A stretch of DNA of 64,000 bases. Origin: an uncultured Halanaerobiaceae bacterium (GTDB lineage Bacteria > Bacillota > Halanaerobiia > Halanaerobiales > Halarsenatibacteraceae). Shown one piece after another: positions 55,763 through 64,000 of this stretch; the first letter of the stretch is position 1; each line of letters starts with the position of its first letter. The translations under genes were made by a program, and so were the position numbers. The notes under the pieces are model-generated. The model was not told the origin of the DNA. It did no database searches and saw only the letters and a program-made list of their open reading frames with translations. The stretch is from contig CAYTDP010000003.1 in NCBI GenBank assembly GCA_964436625.1, positions 49-64,048 on the forward strand. Direction: 5' to 3'.

Positions 55763-56596
55763 TTAAAAATTAAAAAACTTCTTTAACGATTTTTTAAACC
55801 TGCTTTTTTTATGATTTCTCTGTATATACTTTTCTAATCTCTCAACATCATCGCTATAATGCAGCAAAAATAAATTCTCATCATGTTCATGGATTCTCAG
55901 TTTATATAAATCCCGGGCTCTTTTTTTCAGACTCAAATTCTCCCTTATCTTCGCCCTGTTAAAATCTATCAAATATATCTCAAAATCATCTTCTGAAGAT
56001 AATTTTAACTGAATATTTTTTGGCTGCAGATCTGAATAAAAAATTCCGGCATCATGAATCTTTCTAACTTTTTCAGCCAGTCTGATTACAACTCTGTTCT
56101 TGAAAGAGTCAGAGAAATTCTCACGATAAATATCGTATAAATTAAAATCGAAGTTCTCTTTTAAATAAAGATAATGAGAATTTATAAGTTTGTTTTTTGA
56201 GCCCCTGAATTCTACAGCTCCGAAGGGAACAGGAACATTTATGCCTAATTTATTGAGCATAAGCGATATCCTGAAAGATCTCAGGGCTCTGGATTTTATA
56301 AATCGGAACCTCAGGTTATCATACAAACCATGCTGCCCAAATCTCTTTACGGCTAACTCCTTAGTCTCCGAAACTTTTACCTGAAAGATTTTTATGGTAT
56401 TACGAGAATTTAGGTTCAATACCTCTCCTGCCGTCTCATAATTCATAAGCCTATCGATTAAATACTCGAGAAACTGCGGTTTTATGATGACAGGCTTTTC
56501 CCGGTTTAGAAAAAACCTGATCTCAATACCATTTCTTTGCTTCTCAGTTGAAAAAATTTTCTCCCTGAAAAAAGCCTCCGGATCCTCCTTCAACAT
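55763..56596 (-). CDS. LPS kinase, Kdo/WaaP family
   Basis: LAVKRF, IHDAGIFYSDLQPKNI, IYLIDFNRA. Confidence 0.82.
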   Translation of the reverse strand: MLKEDPEAFFREKIFSTEKQRNGIEIRFFLNREKPVIIKPQFLEYLIDRLMNYETAGEVLNLNSRNTIKIFQVKVSETKELAVKRFGQHGLYDNLRFRFIKSRALRSFRISLMLNKLGINVPVPFGAVEFRGSKNKLINSHYLYLKENFDFNLYDIYRENFSDSFKNRVVIRLAEKVRKIHDAGIFYSDLQPKNIQLKLSSEDDFEIYLIDFNRAKIRENLSLKKRARDLYKLRIHEHDENLFLLHYSDDVERLEKYIQRNHKKSRFKKSLKKFFNF

Positions 56597-56641
56597 AAAC
56601 AGTTCAGCTCCTAAAATTTCACTCCACCGGTTTAGATAAAC

Positions 56642-57505
56642 TCACTCTTTAAAAGAGTGCAAATTGCTGTTTTTATCGATGAGATGATGAAGCTCCCATT
56701 TCTTAAGTCTGCTGCAAACCTGTGCCATTATATCTTCAATTAGACAGTAAGGATCGTCATACAATCTATTCAGAATTTTTTTCAGCAGCTTCAATTTCTC
56801 TTCATATTCCATTTTGGTTTCGCGAGCATAAATTATAGCAATCAATTTGGATAAATTCTTCTTCATAAAATAAGCAGGCAAAACAGGATATTTTTTAACA
56901 TTATCCAGATCTATCAGCACTAAATCCCGGCTCTCTGAATTATCTGTAAGAAAAAAATTTGATAAAGACGGGTCTCCATTGACAAATTTATTATCCAGCA
57001 TGCGCGCGTAATTTTCCGCCAATAAATCTATGACTTTACCTCTCCTTTCAAAATCTTCGACGTTGTTAAAAAAGAATTCAAGATCTGTACCTGAAACCGA
57101 AGCTGAAACAGTCAAGCTCTTTTTCAGAAAAATGTTCTCAGAAAATTCACCGGCAAAAATAACTGGAAGGGCGTCGACTCCGATTTCATCTAAGTTTTTC
57201 ATGACCCCGACAACTCTTCTGGCCTCAGCCTGTCTAAAAATATTTCTCAATCTTCTTTTCCAGTTTTTGTCCGCATACTTTTTGATAAAATAAGTTTTTT
57301 TATTCAAGTCCCATCTGTAAACTTCATGCCCTTTATCGGCTTTAATTTTTTCTAAACAGCCTTCGAAGACATTCCTGGCATTATTCTCGTTCTCCGAAAA
57401 GCCAACATCTATAATCTCCTGGAGGTTATTGACCAGTCTAGATCTTTTTATCTTTTTAACTTGAGAGGAAGTATATGTCCATTTAAAAACACTCATAAGT
57501 ACCAT
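56642..57505 (-). CDS. LPS kinase, Kdo/WaaP family
   Basis: YFIKKY, FVNGDPSLSNFFL, LVLIDLDN. Confidence 0.75.
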   Translation of the reverse strand: MVLMSVFKWTYTSSQVKKIKRSRLVNNLQEIIDVGFSENENNARNVFEGCLEKIKADKGHEVYRWDLNKKTYFIKKYADKNWKRRLRNIFRQAEARRVVGVMKNLDEIGVDALPVIFAGEFSENIFLKKSLTVSASVSGTDLEFFFNNVEDFERRGKVIDLLAENYARMLDNKFVNGDPSLSNFFLTDNSESRDLVLIDLDNVKKYPVLPAYFMKKNLSKLIAIIYARETKMEYEEKLKLLKKILNRLYDDPYCLIEDIMAQVCSRLKKWELHHLIDKNSNLHSFKE

Positions 57506-57539
57506 CCACTTAAAATTATAAAGTTAATGATCAAAATTT

Positions 57540-58616
57540 CTATCTTAATATATTTTCAATCTGATTGAGCACTTCTTCCGGCTGGATTTCTTCCAGGCAG
57601 CGATGATGATCGAGCGGACAGTTGTGCTCACCGCAGGGACGACAATCAACATCATTATTTAAAATTTGCGCTCTATTCCCGGAAGCATAGGGGCGATATT
57701 TTTTTTCATCGCTAGGTCCAAAAAGTGTCACCTGAGGAGTACCGGCCAGTGCCGCCACATGAGCTGGTCCAGTATCACCGCTGACAGCAGCATCAGCCCG
57801 GGTCATCAAAGCCAGAAGTTCAGGAATCGAAGTTTTGCCGGCGGCCTGGAAAATTGAATCAGAACCGAAGTTTTCTGCTTTATTCAATATACCGCGAGCA
57901 ATTTCCTCGTTTCTTTTTATGTCGCTTTCTCCCCCGGTAATTACTATTTTCGCGTCCAAACGGGTCAATACCTGCCTGCCCAGACCGATAAATTTCTCAA
58001 CCGGCCAGCGTTTGCTCGGCCAGCTGCCGCCGGGATTCAAAACCAGCAGATTGCCTCTCCACTCAGAGGAAAAACTGTCATCCAGCATCTTTTTAATGCT
58101 TTCCCGGGCTGAGTCTGGCGGTTTTATCCCGGGGAGGCCAGCGTTTTCAGGCAGTTCCAAACCCAATTCATTCAGCCAGCGCAGCTGATATTCGACAATA
58201 TGTTTCTTTTGCGGGTTCCAGGTTCTGGCATAATCCAGAAACAGACCCTGGAAAGTGCTGCTCTCACGGGTATATCCGATCCTGACTCCGGTAGAAGCCG
58301 CCCGCTGAAAAAGCAGACTTCGCCAGCTTCCGTGAACATTAAGACTAAAGTCGTATTTTATTTTGCGCAGCTCACCTGCGGCAGTCGCCGCTTCCTGCCA
58401 GCCGGACCTTTTGTTATAAGGTATCAGATGATCGATAAAATCTGCCCCCTCCAGCAGATTTATAAAGGGATCAAGAGCCAGAAGATGAAGTTCTTTTTGC
58501 GGGCATTGTCGCTTTAGTTCCTGAATAAGCGGCAGAGAAAAGACCAGATCTCCCAGATAAAGGAGATTTATCACCAGAACCTGATCGGCGGCTTCAAACT
58601 CTTCAGGAAAATTCAT
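57540..58616 (-). CDS. Glycosyltransferase family 9 (heptosyltransferase, WaaF-like)
   Basis: YLGDLV, PGGSWPSKRW, DTGPAHVAA, LFGP; start re-assigned to ATG 58616. Confidence 0.9.
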   Translation of the reverse strand: MNFPEEFEAADQVLVINLLYLGDLVFSLPLIQELKRQCPQKELHLLALDPFINLLEGADFIDHLIPYNKRSGWQEAATAAGELRKIKYDFSLNVHGSWRSLLFQRAASTGVRIGYTRESSTFQGLFLDYARTWNPQKKHIVEYQLRWLNELGLELPENAGLPGIKPPDSARESIKKMLDDSFSSEWRGNLLVLNPGGSWPSKRWPVEKFIGLGRQVLTRLDAKIVITGGESDIKRNEEIARGILNKAENFGSDSIFQAAGKTSIPELLALMTRADAAVSGDTGPAHVAALAGTPQVTLFGPSDEKKYRPYASGNRAQILNNDVDCRPCGEHNCPLDHHRCLEEIQPEEVLNQIENILR

Positions 58617-61038
58617 TTTTACCAGCTGCTTTCTCCGGCAGAATTTTCTGGATCTCCTGAAATACTCTCTCAACACTGAGGTCCTGCATGCAGCGGTGAT
58701 GCCCTTTAGGACATTTCTCTTTACCGCAGGCCAGGCAGTCGAGATCTTCATTGCGGATCACCCTGCCGGTGCTGCTGTAAGGACCATAAACCTCCGGCTC
58801 GGTTGGCCCCATAATTGCAGCCACTTCGGTTTCCGCCGCGGCGGCCAGATGCATGGGGCCGGTATCAGCTCCCAGGAAAAAATCTGCTCTTTTAAATACC
58901 CCGTAGAGCTCGATCAGATCTATCCTGCCGGCAGCATTATAAACCCGGCCGCAGTAATTTTCCTGCTTCAGTGCATCAACTATTCCCTGTAATCTCCCCC
59001 TCTGATCAGGGCTCCCGCTGAAAATTATTTTACAGCCAGCTTTTAGCATTCTTCTGGTTAGAAGCCGATATCTTTCCATCAGCCAGTTCTTGCTGGGCCA
59101 GGAGGAAAGAGGGTGAACCACTCCGATCAAAGCCCGTTCCCTATCATTATTCTCGTTGGCCTGTCTGGAAGAGAAACCGAGCAATTCCTGCAGTTCCCCC
59201 GGCAGCCCCTCATGCCATTCGGGCGGCAGTTCCAGGCCATAATCTATCTCGCTGTGCCCGGGAACCTCACAGCCTATCGCCGAGGCCATCAACTCAAGAT
59301 TTTCTTCAATTTTATGTCTCATATCATTTTTTGAAAAATAACGGAGCAGACGTTTATAAAAAAATCTGCTGCCCTCACCTCCATCACAGCGACCAAAGCT
59401 TACATCGCCGCCGGCAAATAACAATGGCACTGCGCTTTTTAGAATACCATGCATGTCGACGGTTAAATCGTAATCAGGTTCATCCAGCCCGCCCAAAAAA
59501 TTTCTCAGCTTTTTCAATCTGTCAACTCCCCGCAGCCTCTTTTTTCCACGCAGCTTCTGCCGGGGAAGAATTATTGTCTCATCGACATATCTGTTGTTCC
59601 GAACCAGCGGCGCAGCCAGTGGTTCCACAAGCCAGTGCAGCTCATAATCGGGGCGCTTCTGTCCCAGCAGAGAAAATGCAGGTAAAGTATGTATTACATC
59701 CCCCAGCGCACTCAGACGTATAAAAAGAAGTTTTCTGTTATCCCGGCGAAAGGGAAGCAGAGAAAATATATCCTCGATCTGCTTCCCAACCCGACAGCTT
59801 TCCCGCCGCATGACTGAAAGGGCAGAGGAAGAAAAATCGTCATCCCGCTCGAAAATTTGCAGAAGACAGCTTTTCAGTTCGTTTTTCCCGGAGATCAGGT
59901 TTATAGAGCTCCCATTTTCCAGGCTTTGAAATTTTTCGAGGTCTCCTTCGATCTCATATATATTAGGGCCCAGGAGTACAGGAATATCACAGGCCAGCGG
60001 TTCGAGAAAATTATGGCCCCCAACATCGGCCAGGGTGCCTCCTATAAACGCAATATCAGCCTGTAGATAAGCTCCCATCAGCTCACCTATGGTGTCCAGC
60101 AAAAACACTTCCGTTTCTTCATCAACCCTGTCGACACCTGAACTGCGCTGCTGCCAGTTCAGCTCCTCGGCCTTGATCAACTTCAAAATCTCCTTCCGCC
60201 TGTCTACATGCCGGGGAGCCAGGACCAGCAGAGGAGAGCTGCAGTTTTTTTCATTTTTCAATTTTTTATAAACCTGAAGCAAAATATCTTCTTCCGGTTC
60301 ATGGGTGCTGCCGGCGACAATGACATCGCGATCGCCTTCCAGCTTGAAGTCAGGTTCAGTGCTGGCCGCCTCCTCCAGGGCCCCGGAATACTTTATATCA
60401 CCGCTGCGCTCTACTTTTTCCCCCGGCGCCCCCAGTTCCTCGATCCTATCACAGTCGCGTCTGGACTGCATGTAAAATCGAGAGATCATTTTTACAAAGG
60501 GAGACAGCAAAAATTTAATCTTGCGGTAACTGGAAAAGCTGTCATTGCTTATTCTGCCGTTGAAAACCGCAACCCTGGCTCCCCGCCTGATCGATTCACG
60601 AATAAGCCCCGGCCACAGTTCGGTTTCCAGCAGAAGCAGGATATCGGGCTGGAGACGGCGCAGAAAAAGATAAACCAGAAGGGGGAAATCAGCCGGAACA
60701 AAACAGATGTGGTCAGCATCAGTCAGCTGCTCCCGGGCCAGCTTACGGCCCTGAGGCGTCATGGCAGTGACCAAAAAGTAATAATCGTCTGAGGCGGTTT
60801 CACCGAGCTTTCTCATAACCTCGCCGGCAGCCTTCAATTCTCCCACAGAAGCCCCGTGCAGCCAGATCACCTGCCTTTTCTTTAATTTTTGCTGATCGGC
60901 AAAGCCAGCCAGCCCCAGCCGCTCAACTACTTCATCTTTTCTCCTCCTGACCAGCAGATAAATAAAATAAGGGCTCAATATCAAAACCGCGGTCAGAGTG
61001 ATTAAACTGTAAATAGTATAAATAACTGCTCTTTTCAT
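58603..61038 (-). CDS. waaA: Fusion of Kdo transferase (WaaA/KdtA, GT30) and heptosyltransferase I-like GT9 (WaaC-like)
   Basis: N-half WLHGASVGE, ETELWP, LAPRH, GGHNFLEP; C-half from about aa 434 IRLSALGDVIH, SKNW, DTGPMHLAAA; no stop or internal ATG at the junction. Confidence 0.9.
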   Translation of the reverse strand: MKRAVIYTIYSLITLTAVLILSPYFIYLLVRRRKDEVVERLGLAGFADQQKLKKRQVIWLHGASVGELKAAGEVMRKLGETASDDYYFLVTAMTPQGRKLAREQLTDADHICFVPADFPLLVYLFLRRLQPDILLLLETELWPGLIRESIRRGARVAVFNGRISNDSFSSYRKIKFLLSPFVKMISRFYMQSRRDCDRIEELGAPGEKVERSGDIKYSGALEEAASTEPDFKLEGDRDVIVAGSTHEPEEDILLQVYKKLKNEKNCSSPLLVLAPRHVDRRKEILKLIKAEELNWQQRSSGVDRVDEETEVFLLDTIGELMGAYLQADIAFIGGTLADVGGHNFLEPLACDIPVLLGPNIYEIEGDLEKFQSLENGSSINLISGKNELKSCLLQIFERDDDFSSSALSVMRRESCRVGKQIEDIFSLLPFRRDNRKLLFIRLSALGDVIHTLPAFSLLGQKRPDYELHWLVEPLAAPLVRNNRYVDETIILPRQKLRGKKRLRGVDRLKKLRNFLGGLDEPDYDLTVDMHGILKSAVPLLFAGGDVSFGRCDGGEGSRFFYKRLLRYFSKNDMRHKIEENLELMASAIGCEVPGHSEIDYGLELPPEWHEGLPGELQELLGFSSRQANENNDRERALIGVVHPLSSWPSKNWLMERYRLLTRRMLKAGCKIIFSGSPDQRGRLQGIVDALKQENYCGRVYNAAGRIDLIELYGVFKRADFFLGADTGPMHLAAAAETEVAAIMGPTEPEVYGPYSSTGRVIRNEDLDCLACGKEKCPKGHHRCMQDLSVERVFQEIQKILPEKAAGKNEFS

Positions 61039-61136
61039 TGGCGTCCAAACATCCCCCTGGCATCCAGGTTAAAAAATAGTGCTTCCTTCGCGAAAGCTCT
61101 TCCCTGAATTTGAAAAATTTCCAGTATCACTTCGCT

Positions 61137-62048
61137 TTATACCTTCCAGCGGCGGTGAAGCCATAGCCACTGCTCGGGATTTTCGGTTATCTGATCCTCT
61201 GTGATTCTCAATAACCTGCTTAGCCACTCTTTTTCGGTATCCAGGTCGAGATCGGCTGGCACCTGCCGCGGTGATTTTATCTCGAGTCTATATTCGGCAA
61301 AACCCGTCCTGACTGAAAAAGCAGGAACAATGGTAACTTCATAGCGAGCGGACATTTTGACCGCTCCCCTGTGCACGCTCGCCTGCCGCCCAAAAAAATT
61401 CAGAGGCAGCCCTTTGGTAGCATGCTGATCCCCAATTATGACCAAAAAGTCGCCTTTTTTGAGAGCCTTAATTGAATTTTTGATGCCGCGCTTGCGATCG
61501 ACAAGATTAACACCATGTTTTTCCCTCAAACTATTAATGCGTTGATTTAAAGCAGCCCGTTTATGGGTTTTGGCTATAGCGGTAACGGGATATCCCAGCT
61601 CGGAGATCAAACAGCCCATCCATTCCCAGTTACCCAGATGAGCAGTGTATATTATGGCTCCTCCGCTGTCGCTCATCTTTCGGGCAGTCTCAATATGTTC
61701 TAAACCGGAGATATCGAAATGCCGTCGAAGCTGACCTTTTCTGCTCTTCAGCAGCAAAAATTCGACGGCCGCCTGTCCCAGATGTTTATAACAGGCTTCG
61801 AGTTTCGCATCTATCTCTTTCGCACTCAAATCAGACAGGGCTTTTTCCATGTTATCTCTGGCTATCTCACGGCGAACTCCCAGCAGATAGCAGATCTTGC
61901 CCAGAAGGCTGCCGACTACTGCCGCCAGCTTTTCCGGAAGAAGATTGACGGCAGCGCAGACAGCATCGAAAACAGCTCCTGCCGTTCGACTTTTAAAATC
62001 TTTCATTATCGATTTATCATTGTATTTATCATCTGTCATATAATCCAT
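61137..62048 (-). CDS. lpxL: Lipid A late acyltransferase (LpxL/HtrB family)
   Basis: HLGNWE, GDQ, PEQWLWLHRRWK. Confidence 0.9.
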   Translation of the reverse strand: MDYMTDDKYNDKSIMKDFKSRTAGAVFDAVCAAVNLLPEKLAAVVGSLLGKICYLLGVRREIARDNMEKALSDLSAKEIDAKLEACYKHLGQAAVEFLLLKSRKGQLRRHFDISGLEHIETARKMSDSGGAIIYTAHLGNWEWMGCLISELGYPVTAIAKTHKRAALNQRINSLREKHGVNLVDRKRGIKNSIKALKKGDFLVIIGDQHATKGLPLNFFGRQASVHRGAVKMSARYEVTIVPAFSVRTGFAEYRLEIKSPRQVPADLDLDTEKEWLSRLLRITEDQITENPEQWLWLHRRWKV

Positions 62049-62121
62049 CCAATTTCAATAGCTTTTCCTCTTTCTTTTAGTTAATTTTATAACGTCCACC
62101 AGTCGATAGATGAGCCGCTAA

Positions 62122-63141
62122 CTACCAGACTCGGGCCCGAAGCAGATCCTGAAAGTTCAACATACCCACCGGATAGCCTTCTCCATCCAGTACCGGCAGA
62201 TGATTTATCTCCCGATTTTCCATCAGCTTTAGGGCTTCAGCGGCCAGCATATCGGGTTCAGCGGATATAGGTGAGGGGGTCATAACCCTCTTTACATTTT
62301 CCTGCAGCAGATCCTGGCTTTTATTCCTGACGGCGCGGCGCACATCACCATCGGTGATGATACCTATCAGCTTACCGCTATCGTCGATCACCGAGGTAGA
62401 ACCCATCCTGCTGTCAGTCATGACGAATAAAGCCCGCTGCACTGTGGCTTCATCTTCTACCTGAGGGTTCTGCTGCCTGATCTCGAGGACATCTTCCACT
62501 GTGGTCAGCAATTTGCGCCCCAGACTGCCGCCGGGATGATAAAGCGCAAAGTCGGAGGAATCCAGCCCCCGCAGATAGGCCAGGCCCATGGCCAGGGCAT
62601 CTCCCAGAGCCAGAGCGGCGGTGGTGCTGGAGGTGGGAGCTAAATCCAGATGACAGGCTTCTTCTTCCACGGTATTTTCTAATACCAGATCGGCTCTCTC
62701 AGCCAGCGTCGAAGCGGGATTGGAGGTGAGCACGAAAAGCTCTGCTCCGATCCTCTTGACAGCCGGCACAAGCTTGAGCAGTTCCTCGGTCTCACCGCTG
62801 TAGGATATGGCCAGCACGATATCGTCCTCGGTGACCATGCCCAGATCTCCATGCAGAGCCTCGCCGGCATGAATAAAATAAGCAGGTGTTCCGGTGCTGG
62901 ACATGGTGGCGGCAATCTTTTGGGCGATAAGTCCGGATTTACCCACTCCGGTCAGCTGCATTCTGCCCTCGCTGCTGATTATTTTTTCCAGCGCCCTGCG
63001 GAAGCTGCCATCGATGGCTTCCGACAGCTTCCGGACAGCCTGAGCTTCATCGAACAATACCTGTCTGCTTCTCTCCAGAGCCCCTTCCAGGGAAATCTCG
63101 TCCAGCCTGCTAAATCCTTCGTCCATCCTCTCATTCACCAC
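62122..63141 (-). CDS. kdsD: Arabinose-5-phosphate isomerase (KdsD/KpsF)
   Basis: GVGKSG, EALHGDLG, APTSST, HPGGSLG, two CBS domains. Confidence 0.95.
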   Translation of the reverse strand: MVNERMDEGFSRLDEISLEGALERSRQVLFDEAQAVRKLSEAIDGSFRRALEKIISSEGRMQLTGVGKSGLIAQKIAATMSSTGTPAYFIHAGEALHGDLGMVTEDDIVLAISYSGETEELLKLVPAVKRIGAELFVLTSNPASTLAERADLVLENTVEEEACHLDLAPTSSTTAALALGDALAMGLAYLRGLDSSDFALYHPGGSLGRKLLTTVEDVLEIRQQNPQVEDEATVQRALFVMTDSRMGSTSVIDDSGKLIGIITDGDVRRAVRNKSQDLLQENVKRVMTPSPISAEPDMLAAEALKLMENREINHLPVLDGEGYPVGMLNFQDLLRARVW

Positions 63142-63967
63142 CTCTTCTGCTTATCCTGTCCAGTTCTTTGACCTCTTTCAGCAGTTCTTCCATCTCGTCG
63201 AGCGGTACCATATTGGGGCCATCACAGAGCGCTTTGGATGGCTCAGGATGGGTCTCTACAAAAAGCGATTGAATACCAGCTCCTGCTGCCGCCCGGGCCA
63301 GCGGCCTAACGTATTTTCTTTCTCCGCCGGAACGATCTCCCTGGCCGCCGGGAAGCTGTACGCTGTGAGTGGCGTCGAAGACGACCGGATAACCGGTCTC
63401 ACTCATTCGAACCAGCGATCTCATGTCGACCACCAGATTGTTGTAGCCGAAGATGGCTCCTCGCTCGGTGAGAATAATCTTGTGATTTCCTGTGCTCTCT
63501 ATCTTCTCGACCACCTGATCTATATCCCAGGGGGCCAGAAACTGCCCTTTTTTGACGTTTACTATTTTCTGAGTCTTCCCTGCAGCCAGAACTATATCTG
63601 TCTGGCGCGAGAGAAAAGCCGGGATTTGAACTATATCCAGAACTTCACCGGCTATCTCTGCCTGTTCCGGACTGTGAACATCCGACAGCACCGGCAGAGA
63701 AAGTTTTTTCTTGATATCTTCCAGTATTCGCAGGCCTCTATCCAGACCCGGCCCCCGGAAAGAATCTATCGACGATCTGTTGGCTTTATCATAAGAGGAT
63801 TTAAAGACATAGGGGAAGCCAAGTTCTGCGGTTATCTCTTTCAAGCGGCCGGCCACAGTCATGGCCAGCTCCCGGCTTTCCAGAGAACAGGGTCCGGCCA
63901 GCAGTACCGGCGGTCGTTCTGGATCTCCAAAAACTATCTCATCATTCAACTTAATCCTTTTTGTCAT
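63131..63967 (-). CDS. kdsA: KDO-8-phosphate synthase
   Basis: AGPC, KANRSS, QIPAFLSRQTD, KKGQF, DATHSVQ. Confidence 0.97.
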   Translation of the reverse strand: MTKRIKLNDEIVFGDPERPPVLLAGPCSLESRELAMTVAGRLKEITAELGFPYVFKSSYDKANRSSIDSFRGPGLDRGLRILEDIKKKLSLPVLSDVHSPEQAEIAGEVLDIVQIPAFLSRQTDIVLAAGKTQKIVNVKKGQFLAPWDIDQVVEKIESTGNHKIILTERGAIFGYNNLVVDMRSLVRMSETGYPVVFDATHSVQLPGGQGDRSGGERKYVRPLARAAAGAGIQSLFVETHPEPSKALCDGPNMVPLDEMEELLKEVKELDRISRRGGE

Positions 63968-64000
63968 CAGCTTTTCCCTCCTGTACCAGCATTTTTTCCA

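Noticed and set aside
63950-64000. Possible C-terminus of kdsB (..EKMLVQEGKADDKKD*) at the right edge
   Set aside because: Too few codons to support a call; synteny only.

Overview
Every supported gene in this 64-kb window lies on the minus strand; the long plus-strand ORFs are antisense shadows. The gene content points to a diderm (LPS-making) Firmicute with a strongly acidic core proteome, most consistent with a halophilic Halanaerobiales-type organism (inference from gene content and composition, not a database hit). In transcription order (right to left): (i) a Kdo/lipid A/LPS-core locus with kdsA, kdsD, an lpxL-like acyltransferase, an 811-aa WaaA-GT9 fusion and a second GT9, followed by a visibly AT-rich ~12-kb block (three Kdo/WaaP-type kinases, O-antigen ligase, three GT4s, one GT2, an FkbM-like methyltransferase and three ParB/Sulfiredoxin-fold proteins); (ii) GH65 phosphorylase, DUF368, CoA-disulfide-reductase-like enzyme, trxA, flavodoxin; (iii) the conserved Firmicute backbone argS-pyrG-(crt, Fe-S flavoprotein, hbd)-fba-(CaCA antiporter)-rho-rpmE-tdk-prfA-prmC-sua5-ywlE/rpiB fusion-upp-tagO/wecA-atpZIBEFHAGDC (Na+-type c-subunit)-murA-mreB/mbl; (iv) the diderm-Firmicute outer-membrane cluster with an S55/SpoIVB-like protease, tamB, bamA, three OmpH-like genes, lpxD and lpxC (running off the left edge). 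The most notable observations are the three ParB/Srx-fold genes inside the LPS-core locus, the WaaA-heptosyltransferase fusion, an apparently circularly permuted SpoIVB protease domain, and a 41-bp element repeated 31 kb apart, one copy of which sits at the edge of the AT-rich block. No rRNA, tRNA, CRISPR array or transposase was recognised.
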